Shown here one piece after another: positions 41,161 to 55,805 of a stretch of 64,000 nucleotides of DNA (its first letter is position 1; every line of letters starts with the position of its first letter). The notes below the pieces were generated by a model. It made no database searches and had not been told where the DNA came from. It worked only from the letters and a program-made list of their open reading frames with translations. A program made the translations under genes and the position numbers. This DNA comes from Podarcis melisellensis. Lineage: Eukaryota. The stretch lies in assembly GCA_964234715.1 (NCBI GenBank), contig OZ174282.1. The stretch is one strand, 5' to 3'.

Positions 41161-44100
41161 CTTTGAGCAAACATTTAGATATATTGGGTTGAAAATACTA
41201 AACCCCGAACCAACCTAATCCTCCCCATGCCTCCAATGTTTAGCTATGCTATCCCTTTCACATGGGCAACAAAGTGCCTTGCACACGGTCCCAGTTCTTA
41301 GTTCCAAGCCCCTTAAAAGGTACATCAACTGTCTGCTTTAATAAAGTCTCTTGAATTCTCTTCCTAGAAAAAGAGAATGGATATACCACCACCCTCCAAT
41401 TGTAGGACAAGTCAGCACAAATGAATATTACTCCACTTTAATATGAATTTAAATGACTGCACTGACCTTTAGACAGCTAATTTGATCTTGTTGGCTTTAA
41501 AACAAAATCTTAGCAGCTGCATTCAGAGGACTGGTTAAAGTTTGTAACCGTTTTTCAGATCCTTCCCCCGCCTCCCTTCTGCTTTTAAAAGTCAGCTTTA
41601 CCAAATCTAATAATTATAGGCAGCTGCAAGCGCATCTCACTGGCAGCCTGATTAACAAAGGGAAGCAGAGAGGAGAGCCTGACAAATGGGGTTAGAAAGA
41701 ACTGCCTTGGTGCTGACCACAAATTACTTGCCAGGTAGAGCCAGCAAGAAAGCAGCAGGAGTCATTAAGGGTGTGGGTAGGTGTGTACACCCCCCCCACG
41801 GAACGGACAGGCACCCACCTTTCCATTTTACTGACTCATAGCAAGAGCTTGGTAATTAATGGTCTTAATCCACTACTAGAGATTGAGAAAAATCTCTTCA
41901 ATACAGTCCAACAATGCATTCACTTCAGTGGAAATAAAGCTTCAAGCTACCAGTAATTGTAATCCTTCTGCACTAACCATGCAGAAAGCAATTAAATCCA
42001 GCTATTTCTCTTTCTCTTAGGGCCATTTCACCCCACAAATGGTCCCAAGAAAGGGCTGCTCCAAATTATTGAAATTTATACCCTACATTATAGAATGTAA
42101 GCCTGGAGGATAAATTTGGTTTAATTCACACTTCCCAAAACAATACATAAACTAAAACACAGCTGTCTTTTGAAATGCATCCTTCTAAGAATCTTACAAT
42201 ACAATTCTCCAATCAAACACTGTTCATGCAAAAAGGTGCATATTGGGGGGAATTGTTAAAATCCATACCTTGGTGGGTACATTAAGAGAAACATGTTCTA
42301 CATTGTTGCAAAACTTCATGAAGATTTTTTTTTAAATAACAAAGTGATGCAGAAAGGTGGTGAACGGAACCTAAGACTGTAAAATGAAAAAACGAAACAC
42401 AACAAAATCAATAGATTTGTCTGTCTATAGCAGAATGTGAATGCACCTGGTGAGTACATTGAGAAATGGTGTAAAATCGTTGTAAATGGTGTAAAATAGT
42501 TTCCCCCATACCCCACCCAGGAAAAAACAGCCGTTTTTTCTCATGGCTTCAACATTTCTGGAAATTTTACATCTATAGTTTCCAAAATATTAACTGAAGT
42601 GAGTTTCAGCACTCTCAGAGCTTAGACCAACATCTCACACCACCTTTTGTTCTCAGATGCAAAGGCAACACTTTAGGTGCTAAGTACTTGTACAAATATA
42701 CTGCTTAAGTGACTACTGTTCCTTTTTCAATTGAGGAGGATGGGGACCTCCTAGGCATCATCCATGTGACCTCCTAGGTGCCCCACCAGGTCTAGGTTCC
42801 ACCACTTGACTATCAAGATCTCCAGTGTAATGATGGCACATGGCACCAGAACCTAAATCATTTCAGTGGATTGGGGCCTGGTACATGCCATGTGCACCCT
42901 GGTATATATTCTCCTCCTCCCTGTTACCTGACCCCAGCTCTGACCCTTTTGTCTCTATGAAATCCTACGTGGCATGAACACAGGGATCCTGGCATTAATT
43001 GCAGCAGAACAACCAGGAAATAACATTGACAATGATCCTGAGCTGGAGAACGGTCATGCCAAAACTAGATTTAGATCACTCAAGCCTGGCCCTGGAACTG
43101 TATGACTCATAGTTGGCATTTATTTTTTCCATGCTAACCACTACATCCATGATGAAAATGTGAAAACTACCTGCTTAGAAACCTATGATTCACAACAGAT
43201 ATGGCCTGCACCAATTCAAATAAAGGGGAGGGGGAGAGGGTTACGCCCAAGGGTTAAGACAGAATGCCCACCTGTGTAATAGAAAATGTTTTTAATTAGA
43301 AAAAGGGTTTAAAGAATGCAATCAAATTCTTGCCCTTTCAGGTCTACCGAGACACCTATTAATTCACCCTCCTGCAGATAGTTTATTATCTCTTGCAGCA
43401 GCAAGTAACTAAAGAAGTAGAGCAGAGTGACCCAAATTGGCATTGTAATTATTTAAGCCTATAAATAGTCATTGTCACTGCATAAATTAAAATGCTATAT
43501 GGTAATGCCCTCTTTCTGGCTGTGCTGAAGTATGTTGGCACATAATATGATACAATACGATCAATAGAGCAATTCAAATATGCAGACCTTATTAATCACA
43601 CCTGCTTAGTAGCTGAAAAACCATGTGTTTACATGCCTTTTTTGTTAGCGTAAATACTGACTGCAATATATATAATTTTCTAATGTTCATACAAAATCAG
43701 CCTTAAACTACCCAATGTAACAAAGTATTCTATATCGTATACGTATTGAAACAACAAAATGAGAGCATTCTAGCTTACACATTGTGAGAGATTACCTAAT
43801 TTTTATTTTTATTATCATTGCTTATTATTATTTATTATTTGCTTTTCATCCACCCTTCCTCCCAAGAGAGACTGGGACAGCAGACAACAAAGCAATACAA
43901 GCAATACAAGCATTTAAAAACAAACCAAATGCCCCACAACTAACTAATAATGTCAAAGATGCCAGAAACAATGTATTTCAATTACCCAGTACTGGCAAGG
44001 CAGCACACAACAGTGGTGTCACCACCAACAGGGCCTCCACTGCCAATCATAAAGCAAAAGATTGTTGATACTGAAAATATGCCAACGTCACTCAAGAGTA

Positions 44101-45644
44101 GTGGGGAAGATAGGCCAAGACATTGCTGTTCTGGATTTCACTTTGCCCACAAGATCATCAGCACCTCCTCATCAGGGACAGCTTAAACATTACCGACATA
44201 AGATCACTCCCACTTGAGCCAGCAAGTCTTGCCTATATTGCGTTCTATGGGGTTGTCACTAGGCACCATGGATGAACTCTGATCTGGACCTGCTGGTTGA
44301 AAACATCTGGAAAAATCCAGAGTGATGCTCCACACAGAAAGCAAGGGAACATTTTTTTTAACCACTATAAGGCAAAATACTTCCATATTTATTTCAGAGA
44401 AGAAATCAAAGTGCTGTTTCCGATCATATCATCACCAATAATACCCAAACCACCACCAATTCAAGAAGCTGAAGAATTCAGGTTTCTTACAAAAAATATA
44501 TATCATTTATTTGTTTACATATTTACCGCACCCAAATGAACAATGCTACTTCTAAAGGTAATCCCAAGATGTGATGTGACCAGACTGAAATGACAGTACA
44601 ATACAATACACAAAACATAATGACGTTCATGTCTTTTCTATGCTATGCTTTTTTAAATAAGACAAACCTGAGTAATGTGCATTAAAGAGCCATCCTTCCT
44701 AGTATTGGCAAGATAATAAATATTAAAAAAAAGAAACTGCAGGCTTCATGTGCTTTTAAAATTAAACTCACATTAGTACTCTAAGGACAGATGGCCAACG
44801 TGCATTATAAACTGCAGAACTGCAACCTATCCTGGCCCAAAGCCAAAAGCTTAATGGACGTTCCAAGGCACCAAGTAAGGAAATAGTTCTGTATTAATGT
44901 CTACAAATAAGTCAACAATCAATGCTTCAATATTACCGTAAATATGTGATACACCCTTTGAAACTCACTCTCCAGTAAAAGCCTAACCTCAGCTGTAAGC
45001 ACAACAGCTGAAATCTTAAGGTAGGAATGAAACCCAATTTGTTATCACAGCTATCAGAACAGATTTACCTTCCTGGCCCATGCAGTATTTTAGTACTGCA
45101 GAGTAATTTTTTATCCTATATCCTGTGGTCACCCTAAGGTATAAAATTTTATAAAATGCAGCACTTTAAACTGTAAATTAAAAAGGCAGATCAGCAGATA
45201 GACAAAAAAAGAGAGAGAGACAAACTGCTTAGGTATTTAGTTCAACCTTTACCATTCTGCTGCCCTCCAAATGTGTTGCACTACAACTCTCATCAGCCCT
45301 TCAACTATTAGTGAAGGCTGACTGAGGTTCAAACACAGCCCTGAAAGCATCTGGTACTTTCATCAGTCCTACAACCTCCTCCAATTAAGATAGTATGGAA
45401 ATCTGCAGATAAAACATGGAGCTGTGGGTTGTAGCCAGCTACATTCTACTCAGAGTAGATCCACTGAAATTAGGAGCCCTAACTTAACCATGTCTAGTAA
45501 TTTCAACAGGTCTACTCTTAGTAAAACCTCTCTTTTTTCCAGGGAAGCAGTACAAAAACATTTTGCCACCCCAGCTGTTATGGTGTCTGGCAAACGGCAA
45601 GCCCAGATGGGATGCATGTGGTTGTGTTGCAACATCATGCCTCA

Positions 45645-46115
45645 CACCCAAAGAGTGTTCACTAACAATTCCTCATTATCCTGGGGAAAAGTGATAAGGG
45701 AGTGCCACAGGGTTCTGTCCTGGGCCTGTTGTTGTTCAGCATCTTTATAAACCACTTGGATAAAGGTATTGAGGGGATGCACATCAAATTTGCAGGTGAC
45801 ATGAAACTGGGAGGGGTAGCTAATGCTGCATAATACAGAATTGGGATTCACTATGACCTTAACAGATTGGAGAACTGAGCCCAAACTAACAAAATGAATT
45901 TTAATAGGGACAAATGTAATGCTCTGCATTTAGGTAGGAAGAACCAGCTACACAAATATAATGGGGACATTTAGCTTGCCAGTAGTACAAGTAGAAATGG
46001 TTTAGGGGTCTTAGTAGACCCTCAAGCTCAGCATGAGTCAATAGTGTGATGAAGCAGCAAAAAAGTGAATGCTACTCTAGGTTGCATCAACAGAAGTCTA
46101 GTGTCCAGATCAAGG
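45645..46115 (+). mobile_element. CR1 LINE reverse-transcriptase fragment
   Basis: GVPQGSVLG.LLFSIFINHLDKGIEGMHIKFAGDMKLGGVAN, a decayed FADD motif, with stops and frameshifts. Confidence 0.88.
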
Positions 46116-46298
46116 GAGGTAAAGTAGGGCAATGGGGAGTAATTACTCATTTATGTGTACAATGGGCACAGTGGCATAGTTTGGAGCTTAGCCAAAAGGA
46201 GGAGACTGGATGCTCTTGCTTCTGTTACAAACTAACCATCGTGTCATGTTATATCCAAACTTGGCCACAATGTATTTAGCTTTATCTACATTTTACAA

Positions 46299-46673
46299 GG
46301 GATGCGGGTGGTGCAGTGGTAGAAACCACTGAGCCTCTTAGGCTTGCTGATCAGAAGGTTGGTGGTTCAAATCCCCGTGACGGGGTGAGCTCCTGTTGCT
46401 CAGTCCCAGCTCCTGCCAACCTAGCAGTTCGAAAGCACGCCAAAATGTGCAAGTAGATAAATAGGTACCGCTTTGGCAGGAAGGTAAACGGTGTTTCCGT
46501 GTGCTGCTCTGATTTTGGTGTTCTGTTGCGCCAGAAGCGACTTAGTCATGCTGGCCACATGACCCAGAAAAACTGTCTGCGGACAAATGTCGGCTCCCTC
46601 GGGCTGTAAAGATAAGCGCCACAACCCTAGAGTCGTCTGTGACTGGACTTAACTGTCAGGGGCATTTACCTTT
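46299..46673 (+). mobile_element. Full-length Sauria SINE
   Basis: Head GGGATGCGGGTGG, B box GGTTCAAATCC, same core, TTTACCTTT tail; possible TSD TTTTACAA at 46291 and 46686. Confidence 0.92.
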
Positions 46674-49489
46674 AAAAAAATATTTTTTTACAAAAACATG
46701 CCAACTTCATAAACCATTTTCTACCCAAGTCAAAATGAATACAGCCATGCAACATTTCGTAAAAGGAATTAGGAAAAGAGATGTCTCATCTGTTTTTGAA
46801 ATGATAAAGCATTTGCTCTGACAGAGCATTCTTTAACCCACTGAGGTCTAGTAAGTAGTAATCTCATGATTATTTTACAGCATATGATGGACTCTAAAGA
46901 GCTGTTGCTGCAGAATGTTGAACATCTTCAGCTTAGAACTTATAAATTAGAAACAAACGCAACCGGCACTCATGTAGTATTCCTTCTGGTGCTGATACTC
47001 TGGAGCAGACTCTTCAGTCAGCATTGAAGGTATGAGGTTTCAGCTCTTAAGATTTATCCATTTGTTTCTGGTGACATAGAGCAGAACACAAGCATGCAAG
47101 CAAGCAAACAAGCAAACAAACAAACTACTGTCCAGCATATTCTGATTGCCACCAAATGGAAAGCTCTTATTCTTCGCAGAGGTTTCGGCACAACAAGACC
47201 CAGTACACTTCTCCAACAGCTTTCGGAAACAACAGGCTACGTTCTGAACCAAGAATACCAAATGAAATATTCACGAAGTGCATTAGCGCACTAGAGCCTA
47301 CATTTTGGACAGGCATGGAATCCAGGCACAATCCAGCACTTCAGAGACCACTAAAGACTGGCTGCATTTCAACAATATTGGGGTGGGCAGAGTCTTCACA
47401 AAGAAGGAACACTTTCACCCTTGCTCAGCTCATCCCTGTTGCTCAGCCAATAAGGATTGCAGATATATGAGGCAACGAGAGACAGCATGGGACACACCTG
47501 CCATCTGCCCACTTTCTTCTGATTTTATTAGACCACTGGTAACTCTAATGCAGGGCTGTGGAGTCTTTTTCAGCCCAAGGGCAGCATTACCTTCTGGGTA
47601 TTCTTCTTAAGTGGGGCACATGCCCGTTGTGGGTGGGGCCAGAGACAAAAGTAGCACAGCAACAAATGCAAAACAAATGCACATGCTATCTTTACACAAT
47701 AGGTAGTTTTACACACACTCCTGCAGTTTCTTTTGTTTTAATATTTCTTTACTGTAAATACAGCAGCACTCTTTGATGCCCTAACTCAATCAACTGGCAT
47801 GTCTGCTAACCCTGGGACCAAATAAGAGTGGCATTTAAATAAGATCTGGCTAATGAATTAACACACACACCAGTTTGGACCATAACCGAACAAATCTGGC
47901 TTTGAATGAATCTGTCTGAACATTCAAGAGGTGAAAATTTAATTTATCCCTTGAATGATTCAGTAAGTCAATAAGCAAACTAAGCAAACAATGTTGCTGT
48001 GTTTTAAGCAAAAGAGCAATATTCGGGTGGACCACATTTTTTAGGATGCACTGTCAATTCTTGCAAGGGAGAATTGTTGCTGAAAGTCCAAACCTCAACC
48101 CCTGTATTTCCAGACCACCACCCTCCCCACATAGAGCAAAGACTAAACCAAGAGTATGTCCTGCTGTTTGCATTGGACTGATGATCATTTGAAATAGCCC
48201 AATGGTTGCCATGAAGTCCTGAGCTAGATCTGAGGCATCCCAACTGTGGATGCTGAAGTCACCCTAAAACACAGTTATTGTTTCCTCTAACATCACACCC
48301 AATTCAACCTTGGCCAGCACAGTCAGGGAGGCTGATTAGCAATAGGGTGGGCAGTAACAACTACAGCATCCCTAGCCAGTCTCTTTGGCCCAACACCAGA
48401 TGCAAGCTTGAATACATGGGCAACCAGAGTGGAGTCAAAGTTAGCCCACCCACCTCCCACACCCAGGTCTCAGTAATGCACTAAGCCAACCTCCTCATAC
48501 ACAACAGAATCGTGGATCAGCACGGTTCTGTTATAGACTGACCTGGCATTCAGAAGTAGAACCACTAGACTGTTGGGGACAGTGGCAAAGCATCCATTGT
48601 TACCAGCAAGAGGATATCAGGCACAAGCACCTATCACAAGGTGAAGGGCTGCGAATCTGGCTTCAGAAAGGCAGCATGAGGGCTCTGGCAATGCCCCTGT
48701 CACATTCTCAAAGCCTAAGTACTTGCTAAGCTTTGGGAAGGAGGCACAAGGGTTCCAGAGTCTTTGTGCTTCCTTCCCAATGTCGGCTAATCTCACAATC
48801 ACATTTTTTGCACAGGTCTGGGAGGGGAGGAGGAACAAATAAATGGAGAGTTGGTTCCTTCCTTCCTTCCTTCCCCACCCACCTGTGAAAAGCTGTGACT
48901 GCATAAGTAAAGTAAGTTACCTATACTCGATATGATTTTTTAAAAAGGTACTTTTTGAACAGCTAAAAAGTAGAATGGATTCCTTGCAGATTTAACCACA
49001 GGGAAATAACCCAAAGCGTACAGCTCAGTATAACAGATTTTGCATAATGCCATTAAGCCTGTCATCTTACTGGCAATTCTGAAGGCAAAGATTTAAAAGC
49101 TGAAGAGATTGCGGATTCACCGTAACACTAAAGGAGCCCCAGTAAACATCACTGTGCCTATTATTACAAATGCATTTCACATTTATGGGATGTGTCATCC
49201 TTAATTCCAGGCAGATTAAGTGGGAATTGCACTGAGCACAGACTAATACCTGAAATGTAGCAGTGATGTCAATACAAAATCAAATGAAATATTGCATGAG
49301 AAAAAACAGCTGCTTGAGAACAGGACCTCTTTGTTCTGCACTTTGGGCTGCTTTTCCCACACTAGTTCTGAGGTATGCATCTTAGATGTTTTAAAAGTAC
49401 AGTTAAAGCATAATGTGCGAAGGCAACAGGCATGAGTTTGCACACGCCCATCCCTTAGGCTATGTTAGAATATAATGTTATAACTAGGG

Positions 49490-49850
49490 CTTAGTGTGAT
49501 GAGGTGGAGCCATAGCCAGTCTTGGACTTATGCATTTCCTCTTCTTCCTCTGGCACAACCACATGCTTCTGCTTTCATTTTCAATTAACTGCTGTCATAT
49601 AACCCCCCCAAACTGTAGTTAATTTTGACTATGATTTGTTGAAATGAGAAAATCTCGTTAAGCACGGTTTGAAGTTGATGTGCTTCAACAAACCATAGCT
49701 AAGTTTAACCATAGTCTATCCAGTTTGAACCATCACAACTACCTGTGGTTAATCGAAAATGAAAATTAAAGCTTCTAACCTCCTCCTGTACCCACAACCA
49801 GAGGAAGACAGAGGAGGATGTAAGACCAAGATCACTGTGACTTACATTCA
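49490..49850. repeat. Degenerate palindromic MITE-like element
   Basis: Nested inverted arms: TCTTCCTCTGG / CCAGAGGAAGA and CTATGATTTGTTGAA / TTCAACAAACCATAG. Confidence 0.6.
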
Positions 49851-51354
49851 CTGGGAGGTAGGACCAGCTGCAGCTTTCTCCCAATTCTTCAACTGGTGGA
49901 AAGAGTCAATCACTCTTTATCATGTGAAAAGGCAATTAGGGTTCTTCCTCACCTTATGATGACATGCCTTTCAACAAACCCAACATCCAACCATTTTCTG
50001 TCATGGTGGAAGAATAAATTTAGGGGTATGGAATTTCTCTGAAGGCCTGGTCCTAATTTAATTACAACATCTGACTGCAAGTGGTCCTCTAGCTACTGCT
50101 CAGATTTAAGATTGTTGGGGTAGGTCAGCGATTTAAACAAGACCAGAAAACAATTTTATTTGTAAGGAAATTTATTCCCTAACAAAGGGTAAAGGTTAAG
50201 CAGTTACAGATCAACACTAAGCAAGCTGATGTGCCTTCCTGATTGATGGGACCCCACTCCAATCATGGAATGAAAATCCTATTTTGATCAAAACCTACTA
50301 AATTCTTGGTCAGCTCCTCCTCCATGATCTACACAAATCATGACATAACCTTCAGTATCTGATTGGTTAGGGCCTTCAAATGGATTTAGTATTCTCATTT
50401 TAGTAATAAGGGCTCAGGCTCAGGTTGTTTCTTGCTGAAGCAACACCAGAACTTTGTGTTACTCTAGCACAGCCTGAATCCTGCCTTTCCTCAGAGCAGT
50501 GCAACAGGAAGGAAGCCATGTGTTCTCCCTTAAGGACTCTCCTGTTTTTTTAACCATATTGGGAGGGTCCAAAGGAACCCCAGTGGTTCACTGGATGCTG
50601 CACCCCATGAGCTCAAGAGTAACCTATGAAAGCATGCATACCTTCAGTGCTACACTGTCTGCCTTCAAAATGGATATGAAAATGAAGTCCCTCCAAAATA
50701 CAAAGACTCATCCACCCAAGAAAAAACTCACCCCACTCTCAAGTGACAGGAATCTACTACAAGATTCCTCATCAATTACTCTAATGGGAGCCATTTCCGA
50801 AACTACCCTCTTTTTGTATCAGCCATCTATGTTTATTACTGCTAAATAATTCACATAATTAACCAAGATGCAATTTGGCATGCCTCTCCCCAATCAACAG
50901 TAAAAAAAATATGGTTTAAGAAACAAGTTCAGATCAGCAAGACACTCAATTGATTAACAGAAGAGGGCAGGGAGGCTGATGGGCTAAGACCTTGGGCCAA
51001 ATAATACTACTGAGCCATTCAAAGCACAAATTTTATAGACATCCATTCCGGCTAAAGCCTTGATTGAAAGGAAAACAGAAGTTTACAAGGATGTAGTAGC
51101 TGAAGTTCTGTCTGCCTTTATTTGAAAGTCTGGAATCCTAATGAATCTGCCAGTGCCACCCACTACAACACAATGGGGTGGGGTGGTGGGGAGATGAAGA
51201 GGCAGCTGGTTCAGTAAAGAAAGGAATAATGTTGAAAAGAGGACAGATTGTACTTACACTTCAAATTCAGTACAAGAAAACTCAAATTCTGTACTGAAAA
51301 TAGATTGTGCATCAGTATTATCTACAATCACTTGAAGCTGCTCACCAGAGATTC

Positions 51355-51462
51355 AGATAAGAGTCTCCCCGCTCCCCAGCCTTACCTGGGGAATCTGGGG
51401 GCTGAACCTGAGACCTTACGCGCACAAAGCATGAGCTCTATCACTGAGCTACAGCTCTTTCC
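51355..51462 (-). mobile_element. Squam3-like SINE head
   Basis: The reverse complement reads GAGCTGTAGCTCAGTGATAGAGC...AGGTCTCAGGTTCAGCCCCC. Confidence 0.7.
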
Positions 51463-51905
51463 CTAAAGAGAAAACAGATGCAACAAGGGAGGCAAACACA
51501 GAATTGTGCCTTCTGGAATTGGTGGCTTTTTGCAAAGATGGGTCTTGAATGCAGCACATAGTTCATGCTGATGAAATCACAGCAACTTCAGGGAGGTTTA
51601 AGCACTCTATGTGAAGAATCAATTTTCCAACCTGACTGTCTCATACTAAAACTTTTGATCCTAATATTTAAAGCATGAATATTTGAAACATGTAGATATT
51701 GAAGGTAGAATTTGTCATCAGTGAAGGAGGAGAGGTAAGAAAAGAACTGTGGGAAATTCACAATTAACTTTATAGAACATATCCCTGTTGATAGGAAAAT
51801 GTGGAAGTGTTGCAATCAGTGCAGCTCAAACACTTGCTTCCCCCAAAAGCTGGCAGTAACCCATTACTGTTCACTGCTGATTCTGATACTGTTCACACTT
51901 CATTA

Positions 51906-52136
<231 letters not shown>

Positions 52137-53180
52137 TCAGGGAGAGTAGCAACGCCATCCAGGGCAGGCAACTTACTGACTTCCAGACACACTCACAGAG
52201 CCTCCATCTTCCCAGGATTCAGACTCAATTTATTAGTCTTCACCCAGCCCACCACTGCATCCAGACACTGGTTCAAGGCCTTTTCAGCCACTCCCAGTTC
52301 AGATGTTACAAAGAAACAGAGTTGGGTATCATTGGTGTACTGATGAGTCTTTGCTCAAAAACTCCTGAGGAAGAGATTCATTTCCTTCAAGGACACAAAT
52401 CACTCCATGTATTGAATTGCTGGAGTAGCTTTGTATTTGTATCTGTATCTGCAAAGCCTACAAGCTGTATGTATTTATCAACATCCAAAACTGCATCACT
52501 GAAGCTTTATTTTCCGCAGAAGTAAGCTAGTTTGGACCTTAAACTGCCTCTGTGTGGTGACTGGAACTGGGGGCAACTTCCACTACATAGGCATCTCACC
52601 TCAGACTCCCAACACTAATGACCACTCCCAACAACTTCATGTAAGTGTTAAATGGCATCAGAGACAATATAGTGCTCTGCAGCACCAGTAGATCAAAAGC
52701 AAAGAGCTGAGAAGTAATAATCCAGTGCTACATTTTGCCCCTAGAGAAAAAACTGGACCCACTGTGAAACTGTGCCCCTGATACCCATCTCTTGTAGACA
52801 GTCCAGGAGGATACCACTGTCAATAGGATTTACTAAGAGAAACAGGTTCACAATCTCCCCTCTCAATAGAGGTCATCCACCAGGGTAATCAAGGAAGATT
52901 CATTCCTGAACCCAGGTTGGAATGGGTACAGATAATAATCCACCCTTCCTCCCCAAATGGTGTCTAGGACAGCCCACAATAAAATTACATAAAAGCAATT
53001 TAAAAATACATCATAACACATTCCACAGAGAATATAAAAAGAATGAACTACAGTGCAACCCTAAGCATATCGCTCAGAATTCAGTCCCAAGGGGTTTATT
53101 GGGGTTTACTCCCTAGTTAGGTCTGCTGCTATAAGCATCTTACCAACAAGACCAAAAGCTTCAATTAAACCAGGAACTTA

Positions 53181-53372
<192 letters not shown>

Positions 53373-55424
53373 TCACTGCGTGGACTGACCTGAGGGAAAT
53401 GGGTATCAAAAGTCACCTCAGAAAGAATGGAATGTACAATCATGACAACCTGAAAAGACTACTGACAACAATGTCAGCCTCCAATTAACCCGTGTGAAAA
53501 AATAATAGACTGAAGCTTGCTGTGGTCAGTATTATGGATAAAAGCAAAATATTTGCCAGTCCATCACATACACATCACTTGAGCATAAAGAGGTAAAGAC
53601 TGTAAAATTTCTAGTGACTGTCATTAAAAGAAAGGTCTCAGTGATGGTCTCAGAGTTTTAAATTGTATAATTTTTAATTTGATTCAGCATTTTATGGGCT
53701 TGTAATGGCTGGTGGCTTATAGAAATTTCTATCTATCACTGGAGAGGTGGTATGGTAAGCTCATCGCACAAAAGGCATTGTTACTCAACTCCAACAAAGG
53801 GTTAACTGCAAGGATAACTTAGCATCCATACTACAAGAAATGTACAGAACAGGGGTAGCATAGGTAAGTCTTTCTTACCAAACCTGTCATGATTTGTTTT
53901 TTCCATGTAAAAATGATATCTGAATGTAAGCTTATTAAAGCCTTCACTTATCATCTTAGGTAACTTTAAGAGGAACTAGAAAAAATGATGGCTGATAAGG
54001 CTATCAATGTCATGATGGCTGTATTCTACTTCCAGACCTGGAAGAAGAGTAGCATGGGAACAACAACAGGAGAGCACTAGAACCCTCCTGTACTGCTTGT
54101 GGGCTTTTCAAAGGGCCAGATAAAGACCTCATTTGGGTCCCCAGGCCTGTGCTAAAGCAAGAAAGGGAGAGCCAGGAACCAACACTGCTCTACCACAGAG
54201 GCTTAGTTGCACAGCTATGTCCACCTGAAAGACCTGGAAGCAATGGACGCCATGGCCATTGCCATAAAAGTGACACAGGCTGACTGCCACAGACCACAAC
54301 TATGAGCTGTGAGCCAAGCAGTCTCTGCTTCTAAATTTAAGCTCTGATCACTGGCTCACAAAGTGGTCTCAGACAAGCTATATTATGGGGATATTGATTA
54401 TGATTTTTATTATCTTAATACATGCCTATCTTACAGGGCTGTTATGACTCAGCTAAGCATGGTTAGAGTATTTTGAATTAAGTGTTATATAAGTTATTTG
54501 TATTATTATGACCAAAAGGCCCTGAAGCATCAGTGCTACTCCCCTTTCCTTGAAAGCTCCTCAGGTTCAAGTCTCTGAAATTTATTTATATGTTTGTTGA
54601 CAATTTATATTCTGCTTAGTGACAATTGTCTCTAAGCTGTGTACAGCAAGTTTAACAAATAAAATAGAAACAAACTCAGATAAAAACTAACAGATAAATA
54701 GAAATACCATGTGGTCTTTCAAATGAGCTAGTCTTAAAACAAATTACAGGAGTGGGATCTGATCATTCAATTAAAGCATTGATCCCAAGTGGGTGCTTTG
54801 CACTTTCTTCTATATATTTCAAGCTTGAGGTCCAGGGAAAAGCTAGAAATCTAGAAAATATTGCTGTAGAGAAGGGCTATGCTTTGGGCCCTGCTTCTGA
54901 AGTTTCAGACCTCCTATAGAAGCCGGCTCAGTGTTGTAGCTGAAACCCTTGCAGATTTCAGAGGAAAGACTTACCAGCAGCAGCTGGCAGGAATCTGATA
55001 TCCTAATCACAGTTATCTTCCAGAAAACCCACAAGGGGCTCCCATCCGACATTAACACTTTTCACATGTATTCCCGCGTAGGAGTCATTTCAAAGAACTC
55101 TCAGGGAGGAATAAGTTATGCCAAAACAGGCTGCAATCTGTTAAGTGCTTTAAAAGCCAGAATTTATAAAGCTTGATTTTTTACTGTGCCAACCCCACTC
55201 CATAGTCTTACTTTTCACTTCTGTTTGCATTGATCTGCCTGTGGTAGTTTATTTCTCTTCTTATGTGAAGTTTGTTGATCTGTCCGATCTAACCTTTTGT
55301 GGAATTCCCAAAGCATCTGAGTCAGCCCATCCTCCACTCTGTTTAAGGCAACATTTCACTATTAGGGTAGAAATAGAAGCAATACTTGATGGTTCAGACA
55401 AACTGATAATAGGTATCAGTATAA

Positions 55425-55805
55425 AATGGGGTGGAAATCTTTCTTAGCCTAAGGGCTGCAATTCCCTCATGGGCAAATTTCTGGGTGTCATATGCCTCTG
55501 CTGGGCAGGGCCCTACAGGAAAGTAGGCACAGGAACGTATATGATTATACCCTTTGCATAGTAGGCTATGTTCAGTTAGATGTTTCTATGCACACTTCCA
55601 TTTCTCCATCCAGGCGATCAAAAGTCATTATTACACTTCCAGAATGCAAACCCCCCCCCCCACATTTGAGGAGTGTATGGAACAGGGCTGATCAGAGAAC
55701 TGTAGCCTAGGGAGGGGTGTGTGGCCTGAGCAAAGGCCCAGTGCCCAGTGAAAGAGGCCTGGAGGGATGCCTTTGGCTTCTGAGTCTAAGGTCCCCCACC
55801 CCCAT
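55425..55805. mobile_element. Old non-autonomous DNA transposon; related pieces at about 47550-47720 and 58700-58960
   Basis: Shared left part (TTT..AGCCYAAGGGC..CATT...GGGCCAGAG.CAAAAGTAG) in three places; degenerate GGGGTGG / CCACCCC ends. Confidence 0.55.
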
